NCBI GenBank assembly: GCA_002633005.1
Contig: NMRA01000025.1
Span: forward strand, 997,437 to 1,030,059
DNA length: 32,623 nt
From: Phoronis australis
Taxonomy: Eukaryota > Animalia > Phoronida
Reading direction: 5' to 3'
A model generated the notes under the pieces. That model was not told where the DNA came from. It did no database searches and was given only the letters and a program-made list of their open reading frames with translations. Below, in pieces: positions 11,730 to 24,656 of this stretch (its first letter is position 1; each line of letters starts with the position of its first letter). The position numbers and the translations under genes are program-made.

Positions 11730-11787
11730 CTAACGTTGTTGGCGTTGATAAAAGTGCTAAAACTGTCCAAATCAAGACACGAACCAT
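11730..11787 (-). CDS. SOD3: Extracellular Cu/Zn superoxide dismutase, coding exon 1 (signal peptide MVRVLIWTVLALLSTPTTL)
   Basis: aaaaATGG start context at 11787; 58-nt exon with basic N-terminus and hydrophobic core; strong donor G|gtgagt, phase 1, matching the phase of the next exon. Confidence 0.8.
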
Positions 11788-13013
11788 TTTTCAGACTCGA
11801 GATGGCAGCAGAGTAAGACCTTCGCGTATCAGCTACTTGTGTTATGTCCTAGATAACCGAGCGCACTCGGCTTATTGCTTATGAAAAACTTATGTAACTT
11901 GTATGGTGGTCTGAACGGACCATTTGTTAAAAAAATTATGACCAATTGCAAATCGTTTTACGCTTTCGTGACAACCAAGAATTAAACAACTAAAGGAACT
12001 TAAGCCAGTCAGGAACGGAGTTTGCCCTGCGTAGCTTTATTCGGCGGCATACCTTGCGGGACTTAGAACAATACATGAAATTATAGAGCATCCCATCAAA
12101 ATAGTGTCTACAGCAGTGACATATTAAAGAAATAAAGTCATTGTCAAATACAGATTATCCAGGCATACATGCAAAGGGCGCAAGTAACGAACACAAGTGT
12201 TCAGTATTACCCTACACTTGACGAGGTCAACAACCCACTACAAACCAAAATGCGTGTACGTAGCTGGTAGCCGCCAGTCTCACGCATTCACCAAAAGTGC
12301 CTTCAATCAGCTAAACATAAAACGTTTCACTTTCCAACCTTGATTGGTGTACCTTCGGCCATTAGCCGGACGGCTCTGTCGACATTCTCTCACAATGTCA
12401 CTCGACTTGAACACGACGTTTTGGTACACAGCACATGTGAATCTGTTTCCGTGGCGCAGAAAGGTTATCTCGAAAGCCATAGCGTGTAACCAAAGATACT
12501 ATATCCCCGTATAAATTCTTTGGTGTAACTAACCATTGAGCAGCAAAGTAATGAATACAGAAAATGCCGGGGAGAAAAGTGAACTGATTTGAGGTTTAAA
12601 AATACGCGGGCGGCCAATTAATCAGATCGCAACTTAATTTCGTAAACAATCTGACGAAATGGTCTCATTTTCGAGTATATAGTCCAGTAGACTTTTTAGA
12701 ACATTAAAATGTTGAAAATTTAAAGATGGATGCCAGACAGCTGCCCTGTTGAAGCGGTGTACTTGTACGCGGATGTCTTCAATATAAATACTTGTTTAAA
12801 GAGACTGGTGAACTGCGGTTCTTTACCTGAAAATTTGTTCGACTTGTTCTGCAATGAGATGAGACGTGATGTTTCATCTGGCAATGTCATTTCTTCAGAC
12901 TACACTTAGCTAATGGTGATTTCATGACGCCGCGACAAGTAATTTCATCAGTGAAGACTTTGGTCACAAGCTATAACGACGGTCGATTGCAAGCCAAGAC
13001 ATCACAACTATAA

Positions 13014-13313
13014 CATTGGCGGATTTAGAGAGGGCCCAGCCCCCCCCCCCCTTGGTTGCCGGAAGCGAAAATGGAACAGCAACAGCGTGAAGTGCGAGGA
13101 AATATTGAGCGAACAACTAGGACGCGGAGAAGAAGGGGCTCCAGATCGCGGCGTCCCCTTTTTTAGTCCACCGGTAGATTTTCGGAACAGGTGGTTCACT
13201 GCATACCCGGCTCCCGCAACTTCGGGCCTGTGCTGCACATGCAATCGCAATGCCCCATTCCGGCCCCGAAACAACATGTTGTCCCCCCTTGAGGTATCCT
13301 AGATCCGCCACTG
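13014..13313. mobile_element. MITE, CAGTGGCGGAT-family, 300 bp
   Basis: CATTGGCGGATTTAG at 13014 and CTAGATCCGCCACTG ending at 13313; TAA on both flanks. Confidence 0.75.
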
Positions 13314-13693
13314 TAAATGTAAGACGGTCCCGGATAAAATCGCCTTTCTCGTGTTCTCAGATTGGCCCCGCCGTTTTAGAATTGTGTCGGTAAAAATTGC
13401 GTCCGTTGATAGGTGGCATTGACCAGTTTTTGCTGATTTAGGGCTTCAAAAACTGGGTCTTGGTATCTAAATTACAGTCTGTTCCACAGGATGTAAAAAA
13501 TGAAAAGTATATTGGGCCAAAGACTTCAAAAACATTGCAAAAGTCTATTGAAACTGATTCCGAAGTCAATTTTTGCACCGGGAGTCCAGACGGCTACTTG
13601 AAAATACGAGCCAAATTACGACAAGTCATCAGTTTTCACACCAAAAACAGCATTTGCATGCCATTGCTAAGAAGTGAGAGATAGTGCATTCAG

Positions 13694-13960
13694 CAGTGGC
13701 GGATCTGTATCATATGGGGGGCCCAACAATTTGTCTCTTAAAAATCACGCAAAGCACGACTGGTGAGGCGCATAGCGCCGAATGGGGTTATGTCGAGAGC
13801 TTTTGCCTCCAAAAACAAGCATTTTATTGATTCCTGAGGTATTATCAAAGAAACACTGAGGATTTGTGTCGTAGAAATGGAAATCTTGTAAATCGCACGT
13901 ACTCGAACTCATGAAATTTCGGTTGGAGCGATTGTGCTCTTCCACTGCGCCACCACGCCA
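13694..13960. mobile_element. Truncated CAGTGGCGGATCT-family element followed by a minus-strand tRNA-derived segment
   Basis: CAGTGGCGGATCT at 13694; internal gcgcatagcgccgaatgggg resembles 1160-1180; A-box TGGCGCAGTGG (13952-13942), B-box GAGTTCGAGT (13910-13901). Confidence 0.5.
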
Positions 13961-15402
13961 ATCAACTCATAAACATAAGCACAAGTATTGTCCGACAAAA
14001 ATGAATTTGTAACAATATTTAACAATAAATATTCGTGTAATTTACACAGCTTTGTTCCAGGCGGTAGGGCCAAAGGCTAACTGACATCGACATCTCATTT
14101 CCAAAACATGTGTGTCAAAAGCTTGCTGTCACTATTACAATAGAGCACAAGTACATTGTAACGCAACATAGTTATGATTATGCAAAATTGGTTCAATCCA
14201 CGACACTTGTCGTTTTTACTAATTCTCCATTCCGCTCGTATCCTCGGAACAAAGATCGAACCTCAACAGAACATAGGTGAAGCAGCTGACCACGCGACAT
14301 GATTAAAAGACACAAGATTATTTCGAAACACACTTGTTTCATTCTCAAGTGACACTAAAATGACGCAATAATACCACCACAGAAAAAAACTGGAGACACA
14401 CAAAGAGTGTCACGGCAGTTGTGAAATACTGCAAAGACTAACAAATTGATGGGGTTTACAGGAAAGTCGCGCAAACAAGTGTAACGTGCAGGGCGACACT
14501 GTTTCTTGCTCATTCGAAACAAGCTTCTCGAATTCCAGTAGGGATTCTTATACTTTTAATCGCATCACACCGTGCTCTATATATCGAGTTGACATGTTTT
14601 CCACTATTTTTTCACGGGTGATAATTATGATTATGAAGGTAAATATTTATATTAAGACCTAATGTCAATTTTTCTATTGGAAGTGTCTGAACGCGCTCTA
14701 AATAAAAAGGATAGATTGTGAATATTACAAATACATGTTATAGTTGTAAAGTAATGTGGAACTAAGACTTTTATCTGCCACGTGACAATTGAAAATTAAG
14801 TACCCTTCTCCCAGGACACTTCTATGGCATTTTAAACAAGAAACTAAGCCAATTTTCAGTATCGCACGGGATATGAATATTCTTTTGCCACAATAGAATC
14901 AGTTCCAGTTCTGTGCAAATATAATCTGAGATTGAATTAAAGAAGTCAAAATTTGGAAGGACCAATTAGCACTGTTATTTTCCTTAGTGTCTTTGACTTT
15001 GAAGACTTTCAATATTCGCAAGGAAACTTGTATGTTACAATTTTATAAATTAATTTTGTACTTGATACACTGTGAATGAAATGCAGGTTTAAGTGTTTTA
15101 ATTTTGTCTGTAGAAGAAAAACGTAATTATGCAATAACATGAAATAAAACGACCAACTGAAACAAAACACCACAAAATTCGAAAACTTGAGAAGGAAAGA
15201 ATGAAGTACTTAAATTTCCTCAGATATTGACAGGAGATACAATGTATGTCACCTGTGTTTTTAGTATCATTTAACAAGTACTCTGGTTGAAATATAATGC
15301 CTAGTTATTTAGGCATCTCATTCCTTCATGAGGTTTGATAAAACGGATAAAGAAAGCCAACAACTGTCAGTACTATTTGACTGGCCATGTGGTAGTGACA
15401 TA

Positions 15403-15699
15403 TAGGGGCAGATCCAGGATATAGAGTTAGAGGGGGCCAGGGCACAGGAATAACCAGAATTTTGCCAGCCTGAAGTGTAGGGATGCAGGGGTCTTGAATT
15501 ATTGGGATTGTGGACCTTTTGATTAAAAAACGGTAAACTGGGTTTGTTCAGGGCCTATCCATTTTTTATTCACCCCCGAGTCTCCATGGTTGCGCGCATC
15601 AGCTAGTCAGCAATTCGCACCCGAACTGTCAAATGGTATCTTGTAGAATTATAGGGGGGCCATGGCCTCCTTGAACCCCTCCCCCTAAATCCGCCACTG
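15403..15699. mobile_element. MITE, CAGTGGCGGAT-family, ~297 bp
   Basis: TAGGGGCAGATCCAGG at 15403 versus reverse complement CAGTGGCGGATTTAGG ending at 15699; G/C-run subterminal motif gggggccatggcc. Confidence 0.65.
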
Positions 15700-16335
15700 A
15701 CGTAGGAAAGAAAGTAGCTACTTGATATCTGACTTTGCTATTTGTGCCTGAACGACACACAGTTGCGCTTGTGTTAGAAAGCATTTGCACTGTTTTGTTA
15801 TTTTTTACTACAGACCATCCATTTCTTTTAATGCATGAAGATTTGTCAGAGTGAAATTTACACTTGTTCTCAACAGACCTTGTTTCCGAAACGACACCAA
15901 ATCCGGTGATGACAGTGAAAGACAGCACAACACACACAAAACAGACATTTTCATTTTTTTGTTTTCCCACCTCCAATGAGTAAGTAATAGGGGTGTGGGA
16001 TTCCCCTGCCTTACCTTACAATCGTTAACTGAAAAATGACATTACAAATGTACAGTCGATTTTTTTACAGTGACAAACATGAAAATAACAACAATACATA
16101 AAGTGTTGTAAACATTTCAGAGAAAATACTACAAAAACACTCTCAGGGGATATTTTTCCAAAATAGAGTTTTTTAACCAATCTAGCTATTGTAGAATTTC
16201 CTCTTGATCTTTCTTGAGAATCCATACAGGAAATCCTATAGCATATTGTACTTATAAAATTTCCAAATTTAAGGAAATTCAATGTTTAAGAAGGGTAATA
16301 TCACCAACGGTGTGCACGGTTTTCCAAGAGGACTA

Positions 16336-16584
16336 GGGACCCGTTCCAACAAAACTGACTTAGCTAAGACAATTCTTAAATTTTACTAAATTTTATAATA
16401 AAAGTTAATTTTGTCTCAAAGCCATTTCAAAAAAAGAGATCTTAAGTTTGATCTAAGTGTTTGATGTAAGTTTTGTCTTAACTTTGACGAACTAACCGGA
16501 AGTGGAAGTTTCAAGATTGGAAGTTAAGACAAATCTTATACTTAAGTCAAAAATGAACTTAAGTCAGTTTCTCGGAACGGCCCC
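16336..16584. mobile_element. PIF/Harbinger-like MITE, ~250 bp
   Basis: Imperfect TIR gggacccgttccaacaaaactgactta versus reverse complement ggggccgttccgagaaactgactta; AT-rich interior with repeated cttaag. Confidence 0.7.
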
Positions 16585-17159
16585 CAGGGCTTCTACACCT
16601 CAGAGTGCTTAGATGCTTAACATAACAACATCACCCTGTGCAATAATTTATATTTATTATCACACATATAAACTTATGACAAAAACCTCGCCCCCAAATC
16701 ACTATTCCTGGTTGTCATGTCTTTGTCTTGTTTTATAAATCCTGGTGCAGCGCCATATTTTGTAAAAATAATCTTCTTCGAGATGAAAAACGATAAATTA
16801 AACAGCAGCACTGAAACTCTTGGAAAGTATGCGTCAAAATGTGTCAATTGACATATAGTAAACTATACATGAAGGTAAGCCAAAGTCGTCACATACCTTC
16901 ATAAGAAAAAAACTACGCTGTTAGTGTCTCGGCTAAATACTGATATAGCGGCGAGGCTCGTGGTCTAAAAATTCAGGACTGTCGGATCGTATTGATGAAT
17001 TGGAGACATTACTGTAGTGAGACAAAGCATTTTTCGAAGGTAATTCATGGGCTGGGCGCTTTAGCGAAGTCTGAAAACGCGTGGGGACAATTACGGGGTC
17101 TTGGGCGCTTGTTAAGGCGAATAGCGGCAGAATTACAGACATCAGAGTAGTTTAGTGAA

Positions 17160-17330
17160 CTCAAATCGCACGTCGAGCACACCAATCGGCCATTTATAAT
17201 ACATCAATCAATTCCAGTAGGATTTGCGCACACTAATTCCCGACATGCGCAATCGTTAAATCGATTCAGTTGCAAACCCGCTGTTAGCTACGTCATCAAA
17301 CAGCATAATAGCATGACGTCATCTTTACTT
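17160..17330. promoter_or_regulatory. Probable proximal promoter of the plus-strand gene
   Basis: CpG-rich stretch upstream of ATG 17396 with CCAAT (~17182), CATGCGCA (NRF1-like, ~17244) and TGACGTCA (CRE, ~17315). Confidence 0.35.
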
Positions 17331-17395
17331 TTGAAATCCGAGTGATTGATTCATCGACGTCTTTTTGCGGGACCCTCGCTGTTAAAGAGTGAACG

Positions 17396-20300
17396 ATGTA
17401 CGAAGAAATGGACGTAGCAGAAGTCCTAAATTTGATGGATAATACAGTACAAGAAATTGGGTGGACGAAAAAGTGCGTAATTTTGAGCTTTATATCCATA
17501 GACTCAGCAGCTAACTCTCGCAGAAAATTAAATTGCAATTCTCTATGTATTCTGTAGTCTCGAGGGACTGTTATCCCACACATTGATCTCTGCTTTTAAT
17601 CGAATCAGACGTTTCAAAGAGGAACTTCTCTTCGTAAACGCCACGTCGTGAGTATAGGGTTTGTCGTAAATGAACATTTGCTGTAAAACGGTAGAAGGTT
17701 TTCAGGTGCAAGTGAATCTGTTTGTGAAGGAATGTTTTTTTTTACGAAAACATTATTCAGTGAGCAGCTAATCATGTCGTCTGGGACGATTTTCTTGTTG
17801 TTTTTCAGCACTCAGAAGAAACTGAGTAAAGTTCACAAGAAGGAAGCCCAGACTTTGCTCGATATGGAAACGATGTTGGAGAAGTTAAGCTTATTCATTG
17901 AACAAAAACGGGCGAAGGTGCGGAAACTAGCTAAACCGCAATGTGAGTTCACTTTCTGTCATGCGCAGTTAGAGCCACTATTCATGTAGTATGCATTGTA
18001 GTCCCCTACGACCGTTTACCCCCATCCTCTCTCTGATCAGGAATGAGACGTCGCGTCGAAAAATACTTAGTCAGCTCCTTAAACCTTAAAATTAAGCATT
18101 CAATGTATGATAAACTGGCAAATCACAGTCAAGGTCCATATTCGGTTTCCACATTTAGTGAAAAAATGAAGGATGTCGTATAACTATAAAAGCTGACCGT
18201 TATTTTAAAGTACCATCATTACAGGTTTGTAATCTAAAATACATGTATGTTGCACAAGAATCGCAGAATGAAATTTTATGGCCTGATGAATCATAGTTGT
18301 ATAAAAGGATACGTACACTACAACTTGTGGTCACAGCCCACTTCTATCATGCAAAAATTCATAAGGTAGCTGTTAATTTGATAGCTTCTTGATTACATTG
18401 AAGAAGTGTCATATACTGAAGTAAAAAAAACTCTTACCGTGCTGATTAAGTTGTTCTAGATAATCACGCATTACAAAATAATTCAATTTCAGTTTAATGA
18501 GAATTTTTCTGTTGCAATATGATTCTTACAAAACGAAAACGACAAGTAACTACTTTTCAAAAACTTTATTGGTGCTACTTGCCTACTTTTCAATAAATTC
18601 ACCAGTTGGTCAAAATAGTTAAAGCAATGCTAGCACCAGTTTTCCACTTGTAAACTGTAAACATGTGTTACTGGTTGGGGGGGGGGGGGGNGGGGGGGGT
18701 ACTTACACTACATAACTAGGCACAGCCAATCAACATTAAATTTTGAAGAAGTTATTAAATTGATTTGACGGTCTTGAGTTTTGTGCTTCCGCTGCGTGTT
18801 GGTTTGTTGAAAGTTGTCTGGAGAGATAGAGCACCAGCCTCTGAAACATCAGTTGTCACATGACGTGTCCCCTAGGATAATACTCGCTAAGTCCTGTATG
18901 GCATTCTATTGCCCGCAAATATGATGATGTCCATTGTTTTTGTAAGACTGGATGCATTTTGGAAATATTAGCATTGTTCATGAGAACAGCAGAATGTAAA
19001 GAATATTTGTGGGCAATACTTTATAGCACAGGGAATGAAGCTACGTACACTACGCAGGGTTACGTACCTACACAATGACCTGTCAAATTTATAAAAAGAT
19101 ACTTACAATCTACAGATAGTTAAGTCATTGATCACGTCTATTTAAACAGAAAAATAAAAAGTGCAGCATACATGTGCATATCTGTCTGTCATTCTTTGAA
19201 AATAGGCACATGATAAAATATAGGGGTACGTACACTACACAAATGCTACTATTTCACTCAAAACAAATGTATTTGTAATAAACGTCATTTCAACCTAACA
19301 TTTTTAAAGCAGAAAACTGTCTGTGACAAATTTTGCTCCCTTACCAAGTGATATTTCAATTTCATGGCATTTCTAAACATGGAGGTACGCACACTCAAAA
19401 AGAGGTACATACACTAACTACACTGTTTCTGCATCACGTGGCAGCATCATGTCATAGGGCCATTTATTTCTCTTTGATGATAATAAACACCATATTCTTT
19501 TTAAAAAGTAATAATTTCTTCGCAAACACCATTTGTGTACAGTCACTACATTTCATTTGGGGTACATACACTACATTTTGTTAGACTTTTTGACACTTTT
19601 AAACATAGCAGAACCCAGTCAATATCCCAACTTTTGGTTTGTTTAGATATTGAATAATTTGGTGTCTTGCCTAGACTTACATTTTCTGCAGCTCTTTTTT
19701 ATTACAGAGTTATAAAAACTACTTTTTAACCTTCTTTAAAGTAGATGAGGGTGCGAATCACAGAATTTACGAATTTGTAACTAGTTTATGTTTTAGGATG
19801 AACCCTACCATTTCTCAATGATTAAGCCCAACTTCAACTAAGTGATTCTCAAAGGGACTCGAGTTTTTCCTAGTCATAACAAAACAATTGATTACTTAAC
19901 AAAATGTATTTCTTTTCTACTATTGACAGCTGAAAATTGGAATTTTTAAAATGGTCACTCGTAACGCTAAGAATGCATGGAATTCATAGACAAAACATGC
20001 ATATACTTCTCAAACACTGACCAATTTTGTTGATTCATTTTTTAATTTGCACAGCTAAGTAACCCTTTGCATATGAGATTCAGTTGACATTTGGTAAGTG
20101 ACCAGAATAGTTTAGTTTAGTCCATAATACAGGTGACTCTCGAATATGGACCTTGATTGTGATTTACCCGAAACGAAATACCACGCTAAGTCCAAAACTC
20201 AAAGACATGTGATTTTCTATTCAACATTTTGCTTGTAATAGCCAAATAGTACACTTACAATGTCACAAAAATATACCTAATTTTCACCAGTTTATTAGAT

Positions 20301-23300
20301 GTACTTATGACTACTATAATTATGAAAGAATAATTTCATATAAAAATTTTGTATATGACCGCGTTTCTGCGAAATGGGAAAATTTTATACTGTTCACGTT
20401 GACTTCATGAAGCGGTTGTTTACTTTATACGAGATGCGTCAATGGTATCTCCTGAGGTGTAAATTCGTGCATGAGTGGATGTACGTATTTGTTTTTCTTT
20501 TTGTTTTTGTACTTGTTTATCAATGATAGTAAGTACCTGAAAAAACAGAGTTGGTTCTGGATTTTTAGATGATTGAAAAAAGCAAATCCCTTACGTAAAC
20601 TTTCTATCGTAAAAAGTGAGCAACTTAAACATACCGTGCCATCGACTCCAATTAAACAAAAGGAAATCAGAACCAACCATGCTCTTCGGCCTCGTGTTTT
20701 CTACTAAATGTATGCACTTTTCTCTGTTATAGATTTCTGTTATGATAGGGTGCAGCAGTGTTTTGACGACACGTCGTGTACAATCTCTAATCTACAGCGG
20801 GATATTAGGACTTTGAGAGCGGAGGCGGAGAAGAAAGAGAAAATGTTGAGAGAGTTAGTAGGCCTCTTGATAACTCGCTAATTTTGAAGATTGTGTGTAT
20901 TCTTTATTCACAGCTTCTCATTGCTAAATGTCGACGATAACGCTCACTCAAGCTAGAGCTTTTGATTTTGATGATTTTGATTTTTCTGGTTTAGTTATTA
21001 TTATTGATATTTTAATGGACTTTTTGCGAATAGACGAAAAAAACTGACTAAGCGTGCAGGTCCCGGCGTAGAAGTTTATACATTTTACGTGTTTCTTTGG
21101 AGCAAGGCTCAGTTGACCAAAGCATGAGCAGCGCACCATAGGGGGCTGGGTGGACTATGTAGCCCGCATTTATTTCAATACTAATCCGCTCATGGTCACA
21201 TAGCGCGGTGCACCATAGGGGTGCTGCCCCGCCCATGTAAAGTCCTTGTGAGCTAAGTGAGGTCACAAAGGACAACGCAAGGCAAATGTTACGCGGGACT
21301 ATACTTTACCCTTCACAATGGCGTGACCTGGCAATACGGAAGTCACTTGAGTGCTGGGTCGGTGAAATTAGAATGTTTGATTGTGGAATAAAATCCATTG
21401 AGATCGAGTTCACTGTTTCAGTTCCATAAGCGAACATTTGCCGCCTCAAACGTAAACAAATATCTTAAGTCTACCGATCACAGACCCTGCTTCGATGTCT
21501 GGATTCCCAACTCACTGCACAGTCTGCTGTATTTTTCAGTTTATACATCAAAGGTTACTTTGCGAGATGCATTACCAAATCAACATGTGGTACCATGGGA
21601 AGTGACCACGGCCTATTTAATGCATCGTTCGGTCATTGTTTTCTGTTTGTCTTCCAGGTGCGCTAAGGCATTGGATAACGGGGTGGCCACGGCCGATGAA
21701 GTGGTAGCCGCAAAAGTTAAACACGGCCAATCCCTGGCTGAAATGGAATTTTGGAATGTACGTACAGTGTGGAAATTGTTAATAAATCTTATCAACAGTT
21801 TGCATTAAAACTACGAGTTAACTTTTATATCTATAAATATAATTTTCTGATTTGGAGGCAACAAGCAAGCGTTTTGGTCAATAGCACGTGCACCATAAAT
21901 GTAAGCCAGTCACATAATGTGAACCTCATTTCTGACTAATTGTTGACGTTTAATATTTTAGAAAGAAGAAGCACTGCGAAATAAAGAGAGAAAGCAAAAG
22001 AAAAGCGGGAAAAGAAGGCACATGCCAAAACATGATCCGGAGGCGATCAAAGAGAAATACATAAAGGTTTGTGACAGTTCAATTCCATTTTTTCAAATTA
22101 TCCGCTATCGTGAAGCCGACGTTATTATGATATAACATTGTCATCACTAGTGTCATTAGCGCCATCAAATTTTTTATATTTTGAGATTCGACCGAACTTG
22201 TAATTCAGTGTTTTTAACCTTTTATCGACTACTGTATAAAAACTGAAATAAATTGCAATAAAGGTTTTCAAACTTGTTCAAAATTAATATGACAAAGCAA
22301 TTTAGCTTTTTTGCCATTGATACTGACATATTACTATAAAAGAGCCTAGGCAACGGAAACAGCAAATCAAACTGTCCAGTGTTCAGTTTTCTAGGCTATG
22401 CTGGTAATATACGTAACAAAGCGACAACGACATGTTGATCTGAAAGGAGCCGATTCTCACTTGAAAACATCGATCGGGCTGCAAATAACGGGCTCCTTGG
22501 CATTGAAATACGTGTAGAGCCGTGTTTTGTAAAACCAAGACACTCGCAAAGCATTTGCAAGGAAAAATAGCTTAGGCAACGGAAACATTAATATGCGCGT
22601 CATAAATCGACAATCTAAATTCACCGGCCAAACACCTCTTTGGAAAATAAGATACGGAGCCTACAATAACTGCTAGAATGTGGTGGTGAGCTTGTAGTCT
22701 CCGCAAATCACTCACTTTTCCGTCGCGTGATTGATTCAGCGTGGGCTTGCGTGACTGCTTTTTCGCGAGTATAGATCAGTGAGATCCTCTCAATTTTTCT
22801 AAAGAATTTCAAAACAACAAATATCTCTGTACATTGCTGGGTTCCATTTATGTGGTAAAATATTGAGAAAAGATCCTTTTTTGCAACCAAAAACGGTACT
22901 TTGCGTAGAACGTGTACAGCCGTTTCGTCCTTATCTCAGGAACTTGATTCACCACCAGGTACCCCCTCTATCGTTGTAACAATAGTAACAGGCTTAGAGA
23001 TTTGCTAGTCGGGGGGAATCCCGCAACAAAAGGATAATGTTCAATCCTTCCTTCAGTGTCTGGTGCTGAGGGTTTATTCTGAAGCAATAAAATTAACACA
23101 AATATGTCATGTCCGTGTTTTCTTCACAGTGTCATGAAAGAGCTGACATGCACTTTAGTTCCACGTTACTGTCAGCGGAGGCTTCGTTGAAGGCGGCAAA
23201 GAAAATTTCAACTGATTCCAAGCGGTGGGTACAATGCAACTCTCACGGAGGAAACTTAGTAAAACTGGACAACCCAGGCCAGACTTCATTTTGTTCTCTA

Positions 23301-24249
23301 TAGACCTAAGTACTGCAAATAATGTCAAAAACTGTGAGTTATTGTTAGTGGGGTGACTTTGACGGCGACAATCCGATATGTGGGTGACACCCAACTGAAT
23401 GGAAAGAATGGACGGGGGTAGCATGAACTAAATAGTGTTGAGCTGAGAAATAAGTGGTAACGGTGCAAACGACCGGGTACAGTATGAGATTAGTGGGAAG
23501 TGACGCGTATGCCGGCAATGATAATGCTGCCCAAATGACTTTGGAGGCCCAGTATCGGTGATGACGCCGTTATTTTGAGTCCCGACTGGCGATACTGGCA
23601 GCAACGTCACTGATAAAAATACGGAGATGTTTTGTAGTCTGTAGTCTGAATAGCTAGCGAGTTTTGTTGGCTTTTGTGATAGTTGCACGTGTTCGTTTTG
23701 TTCAGAAACAACTTAATGATTTATTTCAATGATCTTTGTTATCATCGGTAAGTGACATTTTTGATTAACAAATTATATTGTTTCAGGAGGACCTGTAGAT
23801 CTAAAGCCACAACCACACAAGAAGTGCAGACTGTATTTAGCTTTGCAACCAAACTGGCCCCCACTGACAACAGCGCCTTCCCACAAAAACACAGTGTAGA
23901 AAGAGATGACGTCACATCGTTGCAGATGGCTGCAGAAGACCCTGAGCCGGAGCCGTCTGATATTTTGAAGCCGGATAATTCTTACAGTCACTGTATCTTC
24001 GAGTTCACCAATGTAGTAAGGGGGGCAAGGCAGGCGTCGGAAGATTCTCCAGACGATTTATTGAGCTTAACGGAGTCCGAAATTGATTTCCCTGAAATAG
24101 ATCAGCCTGCGCAAGGCGACTCCTCGCTGTGTGTTGCAACAGATTTTAACAATAACCACGATTGGCACAAATATTGGGAACTAACTCAAACAAGAGGACA
24201 CGTCTTGGAGGTTCCACTAGCTCTACCAGGTGCAGTTGGAGACAGTTGA
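17396..24249 (+). CDS. Putative multi-exon gene, ~417-aa protein of unknown function (coiled-coil N-half, basic NLS-like patch, acidic low-complexity C-terminus)
   Basis: Exons 17396-17472, 17558-17647, 17809-17917, 20569-20594, 20749-20857, 21422-21451, 21540-21589, 21658-21757, 21962-22066, 23130-23224, 23787-24249. All introns are GT-AG with pyrimidine tracts and matching phases, giving a 1254-nt open frame. The small exons and some donors are uncertain. Confidence 0.6.
18117..20168. mobile_element. Non-autonomous 2.05-kb TIR element inside intron 3 of the plus-strand gene
   Basis: GGCAAATCACAGTCAAGGTCCATATTCG at 18117 versus reverse complement GGTAAATCACAATCAAGGTCCATATTCG ending at 20168 (26/28); no convincing ORF; TSD not resolved. 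Confidence 0.8.
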
Positions 24250-24656
24250 AATGTTACACAAAATCCGGTGCTGTGTATGGAAAAAATCTTACGCCATTCA
24301 AATATCTTTCGTTTTCGTCAACGATTTCTTTGAAGTCTGTAATGCTTTTTTCGCCTGGTGAACTTATGTTAACTTTTACCCGCGCATTGAAACCATGCGT
24401 CTCGAGCCTTCGCTTTATGCTTAAAGTGAAACACTTGTGCAAGAATAGTTATTCGTAAGAGTGTAGATTCTCAATGCGTGACGAAGCAGTCAGCTGAGAA
24501 TAGAGAGAACACTCAAAACGTCCGGTTGAAAACATATGTCTGTTTTTGGTTCCCATTGTGCCTTTGGCTGGAGCTTTGGTGTATGCAAAACATAGGACTG
24601 GCATTAATAATAGCTTTACTAAATTTATAGTCAGGTTCCAGTTTACAATAAATGGC

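Noticed and set aside
16015-17142. Divergent minus-strand gene (ORF 16933-17142, donor at 16896, micro-exon 16015-16028)
   Set aside because: The donor is part of a 9-bp inverted repeat (atgaaggta/taccttcat) and no consistent downstream coding chain was found.
18307-19575. CRISPR-like interpretation of the repeated GTACRTACACTAC motif
   Set aside because: Motif is short, degenerate and irregularly spaced (about 20-390 bp).
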